This document shows, one piece after another, positions 1 through 10,278 of a stretch of DNA of 64,000 nucleotides. A model generated the notes under the pieces. That model did not search any database. It had not been told where the DNA came from and saw only the letters and a program-made list of their open reading frames with translations. The position numbers and the translations under genes are program-made. Origin of the DNA: Promethearchaeia archaeon (lineage in GTDB: Archaea; Asgardarchaeota; Lokiarchaeia; Sigyniarchaeales; SOKP01). How positions within the stretch are numbered: position 1 is the stretch's first letter; every line of letters starts with the position of its first letter. The DNA is taken from assembly GCA_029856145.1 (NCBI GenBank), contig JAHQWK010000025.1, positions 30,582-94,581 on the forward strand, read 5' to 3'.

Positions 1-81
1 TCTAATCAAAGAGATTTATAAATCTTGGTATTAAATTAAAACATGAACTATTTTAACAATAAAAATGTGATTGATTAAAAA

Positions 82-1602
82 ATGGTTAAAAAAAAAATAA
101 TTTTATTTTTATTAGTACCCCTCATAATTGTAAGTTCTATTGTTGCTGTTTTTTTATTTTTCCCAAAAGGAACTTCAGATAATCCAATTGAGTACAATTT
201 TAGAACAAAATGGGACACGTCACGAATAAGTTTGGGTTCGAGTACTCCCAATCAAATCAAATTACCATTGGAATCAGGAGGAACCTATGATTTTACGGTC
301 AATTGGGGTGATGAAACTAACGACACGATAACGAGCTGGAACCAAGCAGAAAAAACGCATACATATTCTTCAGAAGGTGTTTACACGATTAGAATAAACG
401 GAACAATTACTGGTTGGAGTTTTAATAATGGTGGAGATAGATTAAAACTACTTGAAATTCAAGAATGGCATGTTTTACGACTTGGAAATGCAGGATCCTA
501 TTTTTATGGATGTTCTAATCTGAAGATTACAGCCAGTGATGTTTTAAATTTAACAGGAACATCTAATTTTTATAGTGCTTTTAGAGGTTGCAGTTCTATT
601 AATAAAGTAAAAAGAATGAATGAATGGGACACATCAAAGGTTATAAATATGAGCTACATGTTCTATAGTGCTAATCACTTCATCCAAGATATTGGCAACT
701 GGAATGTTTCAAGCGTTACAGACATGAGCTCTATGTTCCGAAATATTTTTTACTTCAACCAAGACATTAGTTCCTGGAATGTTTCAAGGGTTACAAATAT
801 GCAATATATGTTCTATGAGGTTTTTTCCTTTAACCAAGACATTGGCAACTGGAATGTTTCTAGGGTTACAAATATGCAGTTCATGTTCAGGGATGCTACT
901 TCCTTCAACCAAGACATTGGTTCCTGGAATGTTTCTAGGGTTACAAATATGCAGTACATGTTCGCTAGTGCTACTTCCTTCAACCAAGACATTGGTTCCT
1001 GGAATGTTTCAAGCGTTACAAATATGCAGTCAATGTTCGCTAGTGCTACTTCCTTCAACCAAGACATTGGTTCCTGGAATGTTTCAAGCGTTACAAATAT
1101 GCAGTACATGTTCGCTAGTGCTACTTCCTTCAACCAAGACATTGGTTCCTGGAATGTTTCTAGGGTTACAAATATGCAGTACATGTTCGCTGCTACTTCC
1201 TTCAACCAAGACATTGGTTCCTGGAATGTTTCTAGGGTTACAAATATGCAGTTAATGTTCGCTAGTGCTATTTTCTTCAACCAAGACATTGGTTCCTGGA
1301 ATGTTTCAAGCGTTACAAATATGCAGTTAATGTTCGCTAGTGCTACTTCCTTCAACCAAGACATTGGTTCCTGGAATGTTTCAAGCGTTACAGAAATGGA
1401 TTCAATGTTCCAAGGTGTAACATTATCGACACTTAATTATGATAATTTATTGATTGGATGGTCGGCGTTAACCTTGCAAAATGGAGTCTCATTTAATGGA
1501 GGTAATTCTCAATATAGTAAGAGTCCAAGTCTCGCTGCTACAGCAAGAGCGAATATTATTAGTAGTTTTAATTGGTCGATTATAGATGGTGGACCGGTCT
1601 AG
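82..1602 (+). CDS. BspA/DUF285 leucine-rich-repeat surface protein with N-terminal membrane anchor and PKD-like domain
   Basis: N-terminal hydrophobic helix; 'VNWGD...HTY' PKD-like segment; about 10 repeats of [20 protein letters not shown] typical of DUF285/BspA. Confidence 0.9.
   Translation: MVKKKIILFLLVPLIIVSSIVAVFLFFPKGTSDNPIEYNFRTKWDTSRISLGSSTPNQIKLPLESGGTYDFTVNWGDETNDTITSWNQAEKTHTYSSEGVYTIRINGTITGWSFNNGGDRLKLLEIQEWHVLRLGNAGSYFYGCSNLKITASDVLNLTGTSNFYSAFRGCSSINKVKRMNEWDTSKVINMSYMFYSANHFIQDIGNWNVSSVTDMSSMFRNIFYFNQDISSWNVSRVTNMQYMFYEVFSFNQDIGNWNVSRVTNMQFMFRDATSFNQDIGSWNVSRVTNMQYMFASATSFNQDIGSWNVSSVTNMQSMFASATSFNQDIGSWNVSSVTNMQYMFASATSFNQDIGSWNVSRVTNMQYMFAATSFNQDIGSWNVSRVTNMQLMFASAIFFNQDIGSWNVSSVTNMQLMFASATSFNQDIGSWNVSSVTEMDSMFQGVTLSTLNYDNLLIGWSALTLQNGVSFNGGNSQYSKSPSLAATARANIISSFNWSIIDGGPV
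679..1410 (+). repeat. Intragenic tandem repeat, 75-bp (25-aa) unit, about 10 copies, one 72-bp variant
   Basis: Near-identical units of ttcaaccaagacattggttcctggaatgtttc...gttacaaatatgcag; one copy lacks a codon (MFAATSF vs MFASATSF). Confidence 0.95.
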
Positions 1603-1740
1603 AAAAACTAAAACATTTTTCTTTTAATAATCCAACCACATTTTTCGAATATTTTTGATTAAATTAGTGTTATGATTAAAAAAAAAGCTTAATCCTCCCT
1701 ACGTTTTCCATTGCAACCAGCTTTATCAATAGTGATTAAA

Positions 1741-2505
1741 TTACACAATTTTTATATATTTAATTAATCTTAAATTACATAAAATTAGGTTGGAATTATC
1801 ATCTAAATATAATTTTTCTAGATCTCTAAATTGTGAAATTAACGATGGGAATTCTTTTAAGTTATTAAATCTTAAATCAAGTCCTGATAATGTTTTCTTT
1901 TTAAAAACTAATGAATACTGAGGTGATAACGGTTGATCAAAAAATCTACTTCCTTCCACGATTCTTGGTTCTCTATTAATAAGTTTTCCTATTCCTTTTA
2001 GAGCGTCAATTTCATTCATACTTAGAAATGAATCTAATAATTCTTCTTTTAAATATTCTTTTATATACCCTTCACTTATTAGATACTTAATAACAGATGG
2101 ATGTCCACTTTCAAACCGTTTTATTATTTCCTCTTTTAGAGTAATTTCAGCATAGGAATCTCCTAATTCCACTAATTTTTTAAGTAATGGAAAAGCAATT
2201 GTTCTATGAAGCAATCGAGTATCGTAATCATTCTCTGCCCATGCTTGCAAGTTGGAGCAGTGAGCCCAGAATTCTTGGTCTGGAGTAATATTAAATGATG
2301 ATAGTGAACTCTCTTTAAGTGAAATATCTAAGATTTCTTCTGCTTCATCTATCGAATTTAAACTCTTGATATAACCAAGGTTTTCTTTGGGGATATGTAT
2401 TAATAAATATTTGCATTGTCGGAATAATTCATTATTAACATAAATATTTGTCTTTCCATCTTCCAACCTTAATTTGATATACTTATTAAGTATAAACTCT
2501 CGCAT
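1741..2505 (-). CDS. Lokiarchaeal expanded-family protein with short C-terminal LRR (probably truncated)
   Basis: N-terminal 'KTNIYVN.ELFRQCKYLL...EFWAHCSNLQAWAENDYDTRLLHR..AFPLLKKL' domain, which I recognise from Lokiarchaeia, followed by only about 2 LRR units. Confidence 0.7.
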   Translation of the reverse strand: MREFILNKYIKLRLEDGKTNIYVNNELFRQCKYLLIHIPKENLGYIKSLNSIDEAEEILDISLKESSLSSFNITPDQEFWAHCSNLQAWAENDYDTRLLHRTIAFPLLKKLVELGDSYAEITLKEEIIKRFESGHPSVIKYLISEGYIKEYLKEELLDSFLSMNEIDALKGIGKLINREPRIVEGSRFFDQPLSPQYSLVFKKKTLSGLDLRFNNLKEFPSLISQFRDLEKLYLDDNSNLILCNLRLIKYIKIV

Positions 2506-2629
2506 AAATCAAGTAAAGATTTTAAGATTTGAATCTAATCATGAAAATAATCGTTAATAAAATTTTTAAATGTTTACTGTCTAAAAGATTTATTAAATTA
2601 TAAAATTTATATCTTGAGACACAATCTTT

Positions 2630-3547
2630 ATGAAGACTCTAATTATAGCTCTTGGTGGGAATGCCCTTATCAGACCAGGTGAAGAGGGAACTGTCAAGCA
2701 AATGCTGAATAATCTAAGAGCTCCAATTGGGCAGATTGCGGAGCTCTCTCGAGATTATCAGATCATCATCACACATGGTAATGGGCCCATGGTGGGCTCA
2801 CTCCTCCTACAACAAGAAGCCGCTCTCCATGTTATTAAGATGCCTTTACAAATATTAGTAGCAGAAACTCAAGGCCAGATTGGTTTCATGATTGAGAGTA
2901 CATTGGATGAAGAGCTTATGAAAATAGAACTCGATGAAGAAAAGCTTTTCATCACAGTTTTAACTTATGTAAAAGTTGATTCTAAAGATCCTGCTTTTAA
3001 GAATCCTACTAAACCAATTGGTCCTGCGTACCCTGTTCGTACAAAACAAGGTCAAGTGAAGACAGCTAAAGGATGGCGTCAGGTTGTTCCTTCCCCTAAA
3101 CCAATAAAAATTTATCAATGGCGTGAAATAAAGAAGTTAATGGAATTAGGAAGTTGGATTGTAATAGCGTGTGGTGGAGGAGGTATACCTGTAATAAAAG
3201 AAGCAAAAAGGTTGTATGGTGTCGAAGCAGTAATAGATAAAGACCTTGCTAGTTCAAAATTAGCTGAACAAGTAGGCGCAGAGATTCTTCTTATTGCTAC
3301 TGATGTTGAGAAAGTTGCTCTTAATTATGGAACTCCTAATCAGAAAGATCTAGAAAAACTGTCTGTATCTGAAGCTAAAAAATATTTGGAAGAAAATCAA
3401 TTCCCTGCTGGAAGTATGGGCCCAAAAATTCAAGCAGTAATTAATTTTATGGAAGCAGGGGGAGAAAAAGCAATTATTACTTCAATAGATAAAATTAAAG
3501 ATGCTTTAGAAGGAAAAGCTGGAACTCATATTCTTTTAGATAATTAA
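2630..3547 (+). CDS. arcC: Carbamate kinase
   Basis: IALGGNAL, THGNGP, KPIGP, VVPSPKP, GGGGIPV, GVEAVIDKD and GSMGPK motifs. Confidence 0.95.
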   Translation: MKTLIIALGGNALIRPGEEGTVKQMLNNLRAPIGQIAELSRDYQIIITHGNGPMVGSLLLQQEAALHVIKMPLQILVAETQGQIGFMIESTLDEELMKIELDEEKLFITVLTYVKVDSKDPAFKNPTKPIGPAYPVRTKQGQVKTAKGWRQVVPSPKPIKIYQWREIKKLMELGSWIVIACGGGGIPVIKEAKRLYGVEAVIDKDLASSKLAEQVGAEILLIATDVEKVALNYGTPNQKDLEKLSVSEAKKYLEENQFPAGSMGPKIQAVINFMEAGGEKAIITSIDKIKDALEGKAGTHILLDN

Positions 3548-3550
3548 TTT

Positions 3551-4813
3551 TTATTGCTTTACAAATACTTTTTCAATAATACCAATTGCCCAATCAATAT
3601 CATCTTTTGTAATAACCAGGGGAGGGGCAAATCGAATTGTTGTTGAATGTGTATCTTTTGCTAAAATTCCATTATCCTTAAGTTCTTCGACAATTTGTCT
3701 AGCATCTTCGGTAAATTCAACAGCGATTAATAAACCTTTTCCTCTTATTTCTTTAATTGGAATTTTAGTTTGTTTTTCAGCAACTTCTTTTAATCTTTTT
3801 ATAAAATAAGCCCCCATTTCTTTAGCTCGTTCAGCAAGATTCTCGCGTAAGTGGATATCTATTGATTTCATTCCAATAGCGGCAGCTAAAGGATTTCCAC
3901 CAAAGGTGCTACCATGAGTACCTGGAGTTATAACATCTGGACCGATAATTTCTTTTGTACTAACACACGCAGACACAGGATATACCCCACCTCCTAGAGC
4001 TTTTCCTAGCAATAACATGTCTGGTTTCACATCTTCATGATCACAAGCAAAAAATTCTCCAGTTCTGCCAAATCCGGTTTGAATTTCATCTAAAACCATC
4101 AATACATTGTATTTTGTACAAATTTCTCTTACCTTTCTTAGATATCCTTCTGGAGGAATTTTTACGCCAGCTTCTCCTTGAATTGGTTCAACTAAAAAAG
4201 CAGCTACTTTTTCAGGTCCCGTTTCTAATATTATATTTTCTAATTCTTCAGCATCTCCATAAGGTATAATAATAAAACCCGGTGTATAAGGCCCAAAATT
4301 ACCATAGTAACGTGATGCAGAAATATCAGAACTAAAACCTACAATTGTAATAGTTCTCCCATGAAAGTTATCTCTACAGACAATTATTTTGGCTTCATTT
4401 TTAGGGATTTTTTTCTTTATATACCCCCACGCTCTTGCCACTTTCAAACCGGTTGAGACCGCTTCTGTTCCAGTATTCATAGGAAGAGACATTATCCCCG
4501 AATTTGTAGGATCATTAATGTGTGGTCCAATAACATCGGCTAACATCTTTAAAAATGGCCCCATCATGTTATTATGAAACGCACGAGAAGTTAATGTAAC
4601 TATACTTGCTTGCTCCTTTAGAGTTGCTACAATTTCTGGATGACAGTGACCCGCATTATGACTTGAATATGCTGATAAACAATCCAAATACTTTTTACCT
4701 TCTGGATCGTAAACCCAAACTCCTTCAGCTCTAGAAATTACCACTGGAATCGGGTGGTAATTATGAGCCGCATATTTGTTATCCATTTCAATGAATTCTT
4801 TTGAAGTTGGCAT
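3551..4813 (-). CDS. rocD: Ornithine aminotransferase (class III PLP)
   Basis: AHNYHPIPVV, LTSRAFHN, EPIQGEAGV, DEIQTGFGRTG, LGKALGGG, HGSTFGGNP. Confidence 0.93.
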   Translation of the reverse strand: MPTSKEFIEMDNKYAAHNYHPIPVVISRAEGVWVYDPEGKKYLDCLSAYSSHNAGHCHPEIVATLKEQASIVTLTSRAFHNNMMGPFLKMLADVIGPHINDPTNSGIMSLPMNTGTEAVSTGLKVARAWGYIKKKIPKNEAKIIVCRDNFHGRTITIVGFSSDISASRYYGNFGPYTPGFIIIPYGDAEELENIILETGPEKVAAFLVEPIQGEAGVKIPPEGYLRKVREICTKYNVLMVLDEIQTGFGRTGEFFACDHEDVKPDMLLLGKALGGGVYPVSACVSTKEIIGPDVITPGTHGSTFGGNPLAAAIGMKSIDIHLRENLAERAKEMGAYFIKRLKEVAEKQTKIPIKEIRGKGLLIAVEFTEDARQIVEELKDNGILAKDTHSTTIRFAPPLVITKDDIDWAIGIIEKVFVKQ

Positions 4814-5163
4814 ATAATTTCACATTTCTTTCTTTACTTTAATTACTACTTAATTATATGAACATATTAATTAAAAGTTTAGAGGTTCTCTTTCTAAATT
4901 TGGGAAGAAAATGGGAAATCTACCATTAACCTAGCATTCAAAGAAAATTAACAAGGACTAAAAATTTTGGGGCAGTAGTACTAAGTTCTTTCATTATAAT
5001 ACAAATATTTTTTTCAGCGGTTATTTTCAATGCATTAGGACTTGGTTCTGCCATATTTTCATTTGTTAAACTATAATTAGATAATCAAATTTAAAATAGA
5101 TTGCTTTCTATGATACATATTCATTAAAAGTAAATTGCTTATTCAAAAACACTAACTGAAATT

Positions 5164-6483
5164 ATGAAAAACAAAATGATTATTAACATAATTTTGGCAA
5201 ATTTACTTTGGGGTTTTATTCCCGTTATTGTAGAAGATTTATTTTTGGAAGTATCAATAATTATGGTAATTTTTTTAAGGTTTTTGATTTCTGGATTTGT
5301 ATTGTTAATTATAGCTGTCATTCTTGTATTAATTAATAATAGATTAACTCATAATGAATCCATATCACTTAGATTTCTATTTAAAAATCTATTACATAAA
5401 AATAGGAGATTTTTCAATATGAAAAATATCTCATATTACCTATATTTGGGTTTTTTTGGTATAATACTTAATATTATTTTTTTCTTTTTAACGTTAAAAA
5501 CTACATCAATAACATTTACAATGGTTGGGTTTCTTTTAAGTGTAATTTTTATTGCTTTTTATGAAAAGGGTGTGAATTTTGAGAAATTTGATATTTTTAA
5601 GGTACTTTATATTATACTTTTATTTTTTACAATCATAATTTTGATATTTGTAGGAAGTACAGGAGCAGCATTAGAGGGTAGACCTGTAATGCTAAATGGG
5701 ATAATCTATTTGTTAATTTTTAGCATAGCAATTTCATTTCTGTATATAGTTATCAACAGAGATGCATATTCATCTGAAGAAATGAAAATTGTTAACCAAA
5801 ATAGGAATTATAAAATACCTCGATTTCTCATTAAAATGTCATTTTCTTTTTTAATAGGGATAGTTTGTATGATTCCACTTATCTTAATCATTTACATCTT
5901 ACCAGTGGAAACTGATTTAACCTATGAGATATCAACTTTTTTTGCTCAGTTTAGTAGTATTTTTTTGATTTTAGGGAGATGGGAGATGATTTTTTTAATG
6001 ATTTTTTCAACAATTATCCCATATCTCTTAATTTTTATAGCAAATGTTAATTGGAAATCCGAGAATTTAACTTATAGTCAATGGAGTAGTATTTTAAATT
6101 TAATCGATCCTATGGGTTCGATTATTTTTTCAGTGATTTTTGTAAATGAGTATTTTCCTTACGAATTATTAATTATTATTATCTTTTTACTAGTCTTTAC
6201 CTTCGTGATTCGATATTCTCATGAAGTAAAGAATTTAGTTCATGCAGTCCTTCTATTAAAATTGAAAAAAGGTTCAATTAATAGAATTTCTTTACGTATT
6301 TTTAAATATCATGGGATAACTTCTACATATGCGTTAGTTGGAACTCATGATTTGTTGTTAAATGTAAAAATAAGTTCTATAAAAGATTTTTATAATCTCA
6401 TAAATATAAGATTAAAACCTTTAAATGAAATTGAAGATATTGAAATTTTATTTATTAATAAAATTGTTAAAACACCAATTTAA
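5164..6483 (+). CDS. DMT/EamA-like multi-pass membrane protein fused to a C-terminal Lrp/AsnC ligand-binding (RAM) domain
   Basis: 'LLWG...FLRFLISG' EamA start; about 10 TM helices; C-terminal 'HAVLLLKL...YALVGTHDLLLNV...IEDIE' Lrp/AsnC fold. Confidence 0.7.
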   Translation: MKNKMIINIILANLLWGFIPVIVEDLFLEVSIIMVIFLRFLISGFVLLIIAVILVLINNRLTHNESISLRFLFKNLLHKNRRFFNMKNISYYLYLGFFGIILNIIFFFLTLKTTSITFTMVGFLLSVIFIAFYEKGVNFEKFDIFKVLYIILLFFTIIILIFVGSTGAALEGRPVMLNGIIYLLIFSIAISFLYIVINRDAYSSEEMKIVNQNRNYKIPRFLIKMSFSFLIGIVCMIPLILIIYILPVETDLTYEISTFFAQFSSIFLILGRWEMIFLMIFSTIIPYLLIFIANVNWKSENLTYSQWSSILNLIDPMGSIIFSVIFVNEYFPYELLIIIIFLLVFTFVIRYSHEVKNLVHAVLLLKLKKGSINRISLRIFKYHGITSTYALVGTHDLLLNVKISSIKDFYNLINIRLKPLNEIEDIEILFINKIVKTPI

Positions 6484-6505
6484 TAAATGGGAGATGGTAT
6501 AATAT

Positions 6506-6751
6506 ATGACAATCAAAGCAGTTATTTTATGTAAATTAGGGATTAGTGTAATAAAACCTGTAATTGAAGAATTGAAAAAAATTCCCCAAATAACAAAAGT
6601 GATGTCTTTAACAGGGGTTTATGATGCTTTAGCGGAAGTTATAGTAGAAACACCTGAGGAATTATATGAAATATTTGCAAATAAAATAGATATGATTGAT
6701 GGAATCACAGCGTCTAATACTCATATGGTAATGAAAGAATTTACTAAATAA
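6506..6751 (+). CDS. Stand-alone Lrp/AsnC ligand-binding (RAM) domain protein
   Basis: 'KAVILCK...LTGVYDALAEV...IDGITASNTHMV' pattern; no HTH. Confidence 0.85.
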   Translation: MTIKAVILCKLGISVIKPVIEELKKIPQITKVMSLTGVYDALAEVIVETPEELYEIFANKIDMIDGITASNTHMVMKEFTK

Positions 6752-6798
6752 TTTTTAATTAAGCAATATCTTTAATATATCTCTGAAAAATTGATTAA

Positions 6799-7587
6799 TT
6801 ATACAAGCTTTCTGTTTACGATTTCCCTTATAAAAAAGGAGGCTACAATTTCAGCATAGGTACCAGGCCCAAATCCGGCATCAAATCCTAATTCTTTCGC
6901 CAATTCATTACTTATTCTAGCACCACCACAAATTAAAATAACTCGATCTCTAATTCCTTCAGCTTCCAATAGGTCAACTAATTCTGTTAAGTTTTTCACA
7001 TGAATGTCTTTCTGAGTGACTGTCTGTGAAACAAGTAGAATATCAGCTTTAAGTTCTATTGCCTTTTTAACAAATTCTTCATTAGAAACTTGGCTACCTA
7101 AGTTATATGCGTTTATCATTTCATATTGTTCAAGGCCATAATGGCCAGCAAAGCCTTTCATATTTATAATTGCATCAATGCCAACTGTATGTGCATCTGT
7201 TCCTGTAGATGCTCCAAGTATGACTATCTTACGCCTTATCTTTTCTTTTATATAATCATTTATTTCTTCTTTAGACATAACATCTATTTCTACAGTTTCT
7301 ACTTGAATTTCAGTATAATTAATTGTGTGAATCAGTTGTCCATAGAGTACAAAAAAAGTGAATCCTTTATCTAATCCAGTATGATAAGCAACCTCTGGGT
7401 CCTTTAAACCCATTTTTTTTGCAAGTTCTTTAGCAGCTTCAATTGCTTTTTCATCATGCTCTACCGGAAGTGTAAAACTCAATTGTACCTTCCCATCATT
7501 CATTGTATCTCCATATGGTTTAATCCTTGTTAAATCAAGTGTTTTATCAAAATCCTCTTTTGTAGTAGAATATAATCCTCCTCCCAT
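6799..7587 (-). CDS. kamE: D-lysine/beta-lysine 5,6-aminomutase beta subunit (B12-binding)
   Basis: KPYGDTMNDGKVQLSFTLP dimerisation domain; DAHTVGIDAIINMKG cobalamin/PLP motif. Confidence 0.95.
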   Translation of the reverse strand: MGGGLYSTTKEDFDKTLDLTRIKPYGDTMNDGKVQLSFTLPVEHDEKAIEAAKELAKKMGLKDPEVAYHTGLDKGFTFFVLYGQLIHTINYTEIQVETVEIDVMSKEEINDYIKEKIRRKIVILGASTGTDAHTVGIDAIINMKGFAGHYGLEQYEMINAYNLGSQVSNEEFVKKAIELKADILLVSQTVTQKDIHVKNLTELVDLLEAEGIRDRVILICGGARISNELAKELGFDAGFGPGTYAEIVASFFIREIVNRKLV

Positions 7588-7588
7588 T

Positions 7589-9187
7589 TTAATTTCCTCC
7601 TTTAGTTAATTCTTTAATCATAAGTTCTATAAATGGATTAAAATATTCTTTTTCTTTCATAATCACTCCTTCTAATCCCTTTCCCCCATCTATTGGTCTT
7701 TTAATGCTTGCAAAGATTCCTTTCTCAATTGTTTTAAACAATCCTTCCTTATCAATTTCTTTTAATAAATCGTAAGCTTTATTGAGTACTCCATTCACTC
7801 TCTTTTCCATTATTCCTCCTTCTTTAAAACTTATCTCATCACTAAAAGCTCTCATATTCTTGAAAATATAGCGTGCATTTTCTATTGATAAAGCTCTATC
7901 TGACATGAATGGAGTATGAATTGCTTCTGTTAACATACCAAGTAGATGGATTCTTTGATTAGTCATTATTGTAATAATATTAAATAAAGCATCCTGAATA
8001 TGCCCTTTGAATATATTTCCAGTCATATACTTTGTAGGCGGCATATATTTAAGAGGCGCATCAGGAAATATCTCTCGTGCCATTTGAGCTTGAGCAAGTT
8101 CATATAAAAATCCATTTTCTAAGTTGGGATCCATTTCAAACGCATGTCCTAAGCCCATTTGCTCTTCTCTAAGGCCTGCAACTAGAGCAAATTGTTCATT
8201 AATAAATTGTGATGCTAGTACTGTATGGGCAGCTTTATAAGCTTCAGCAGTAGTTAGATAATTATCCTCTCCAGTATTAATTATCACACCTGCATAAGCG
8301 TTTATCATTCTTGAAAAATACTGATCAATAATAGTCCTTTTCATATTGATATCCCGAAATAAAATACCATAAAGGGCATCATTGAGCATTACATCAAGTC
8401 TTTCAAAAGCCCCCATAGCAGCAATTTCGGGCATACATAAACCAGAACAATAATTTGTTAATCGTATGTATCGTCCTAATTCTTCACTTACTTTATCTAA
8501 AGCCTTTCTCATAAGACGAAAATTTTCTTGAGTAGCATAAGTCCCCCCATATCCTTCAGTTGTTGCACCATATGGTACATAATCAAGCAAGCTTTGTACA
8601 GTGGATCTTATAACTGCAATTATATCGGCACCTTGTCGAGCAGCTGCTTGAGCTTGAATAATATCTTCATAAATATTACCTGTAGCGACGATAACATAAA
8701 TTAAAGGTCCTTCTTTGTCACCATATTTATTAAGAAATTCACCTCTCTTCTTTTTATTTTGAGAGATTTTTACTAAGCTTTCTTGAGCAATGATATTTAC
8801 TGTTGCTTTAATTTCAGAAAGATCTTTTAAGGGCAATTCTGTTAAATTTAATTCATCTTTAGCGACTTTTTCTGCGATTTCTTGAGGTGAAAGACTAGTG
8901 TGTAATATAGCATTGCCAATATAAATAGCAGCTCCAATTCCAAGCCCATTACCCTTATTTATATTATCTATAACAATGTTAGGTAATGGAACTTCAAATT
9001 CATTCACTCCATCTATCCCTAATAATCTACAAACAGTTCTTTCAATTGTAGTTGTTGTATTTTTATCAATAAAATTTTGAGTCTCTATTGCAATATTCTT
9101 TGCTGTTTTCCTAGCCTTCTCTACTAGAGAAAAATCTATATTTAATTTACTTTTTAATTTTTTTTCGCTTGTCATCAAAATATTCAC
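7589..9187 (-). CDS. kamD: Lysine 5,6-aminomutase alpha subunit (start possibly ATG 9175)
   Basis: YVIVATGNIYED, NYCSGLCMPEIA, LNDALYGILFRDIN, KYMPPTK motifs. Confidence 0.95.
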   Translation of the reverse strand: MNILMTSEKKLKSKLNIDFSLVEKARKTAKNIAIETQNFIDKNTTTTIERTVCRLLGIDGVNEFEVPLPNIVIDNINKGNGLGIGAAIYIGNAILHTSLSPQEIAEKVAKDELNLTELPLKDLSEIKATVNIIAQESLVKISQNKKKRGEFLNKYGDKEGPLIYVIVATGNIYEDIIQAQAAARQGADIIAVIRSTVQSLLDYVPYGATTEGYGGTYATQENFRLMRKALDKVSEELGRYIRLTNYCSGLCMPEIAAMGAFERLDVMLNDALYGILFRDINMKRTIIDQYFSRMINAYAGVIINTGEDNYLTTAEAYKAAHTVLASQFINEQFALVAGLREEQMGLGHAFEMDPNLENGFLYELAQAQMAREIFPDAPLKYMPPTKYMTGNIFKGHIQDALFNIITIMTNQRIHLLGMLTEAIHTPFMSDRALSIENARYIFKNMRAFSDEISFKEGGIMEKRVNGVLNKAYDLLKEIDKEGLFKTIEKGIFASIKRPIDGGKGLEGVIMKEKEYFNPFIELMIKELTKGGN

Positions 9188-9222
9188 TTAGCTTATTAAA
9201 AATTTGAACGATTTTAATTTTT

Positions 9223-10248
9223 TTAGTTATTAACTCCAAGATCATAAATTGGAATCTTGATTTCTTGTTTTAATAAATTTAGAAATTTATCCTTATTAAA
9301 TTCATATCCATAAGGCGATGTTGGATTTATTGATACAGCAATTATTTTGATGGGGTTTATTACCTTTAAAATTCCTCCTTTTTTCTGGAATTTCTTCATA
9401 ATCATCTCGCTTAGAAATAGTTTTGTTCCATCTTCAACCAAAAATATAATTCCTCTATATTTATCAGTGGTTCTCATTAAATCAGTTAAAAATTTATCTG
9501 TCAATGCTCCATTTATTACAACGTATTTAGTTTCGTGATCTAACGCTTGGGCAATTTCTTCAGCGGAATCCAACGATGTTAATACATCTAATGTTTTAAC
9601 AGAATTATCTGAATTGATTATTCCTACTTTTGCTTTTTTTAATATTTTTTTAATTATCGTTAAAATTTCGTTATTTTCTTCATTTTCTAACGTCATTAAA
9701 TTAATTGTATGACGTGTCAAATCGACCACTTCTTTTATATTTCTTGATACAGAAGCACCAGTCGAAAGTATAGTTGCTTCTGATATTAAAGGAGTGGCAT
9801 ATGCACGTCTATCAAACGCACCGTCTATTAATATAATCTTGCATCCTAGTTGTTTCAAATCTAAACAGATTTGATACAAATATGTATTAATAGAGGGTCC
9901 AGCCAATTCAATTAATCCATTGCCTAAAGCTTCTAAGATTAAAACTTCTCCTAAAGGTGTGTTTATTCCTGTATTTTTAATAATTTGCATTGGAATTGTG
10001 CTTTTTTTATAACATTCTTCGGCAGTTGCAATAATTGTTCCTTTTTCTATAAATATCCTTGGTTTTGGTAATTCAGTTATGACATCATATTTCTCTCCAT
10101 CTCGCCCTATGGAGGTAAGACCAAGTTTAACTTTCCCTTTTAAATTTTTAATTAAATAATTTAAGGTAGTAGTTTTGCTAACATTTTTAGCTAAACCAAT
10201 AATTGTGATTATCTTAAAATTAAGAATATTATTTATGATATCAGACAT
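9223..10248 (-). CDS. Conserved lysine-fermentation cluster protein (KamB-like putative 5,6-aminomutase reactivase subunit)
   Basis: 'IIGLAKNVSKTTTLN', 'GLTSIGRDGE' and 'IDGAFDR' P-loop-like family; located between kamA and kamD as in bacterial clusters. Confidence 0.7.
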   Translation of the reverse strand: MSDIINNILNFKIITIIGLAKNVSKTTTLNYLIKNLKGKVKLGLTSIGRDGEKYDVITELPKPRIFIEKGTIIATAEECYKKSTIPMQIIKNTGINTPLGEVLILEALGNGLIELAGPSINTYLYQICLDLKQLGCKIILIDGAFDRRAYATPLISEATILSTGASVSRNIKEVVDLTRHTINLMTLENEENNEILTIIKKILKKAKVGIINSDNSVKTLDVLTSLDSAEEIAQALDHETKYVVINGALTDKFLTDLMRTTDKYRGIIFLVEDGTKLFLSEMIMKKFQKKGGILKVINPIKIIAVSINPTSPYGYEFNKDKFLNLLKQEIKIPIYDLGVNN

Positions 10249-10278
10249 AACTCGTATTAAAAATGAATCTTTGAGTTC

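Noticed and set aside
779-1364. Alternative-frame and antisense repetitive ORFs (779..1255, 784..987, 813..1364); possible CRISPR array
   Set aside because: Shadows of the 75-bp coding repeat; there are no unique spacers, so it is not a CRISPR array
4858-5076. Interrupted + strand frame encoding a hydrophobic peptide, plus an imperfect long-range stem upstream of rocD (possible riboswitch)
   Set aside because: Internal TAA, no recognisable family, and no lysine or other riboswitch consensus; at most a gene remnant
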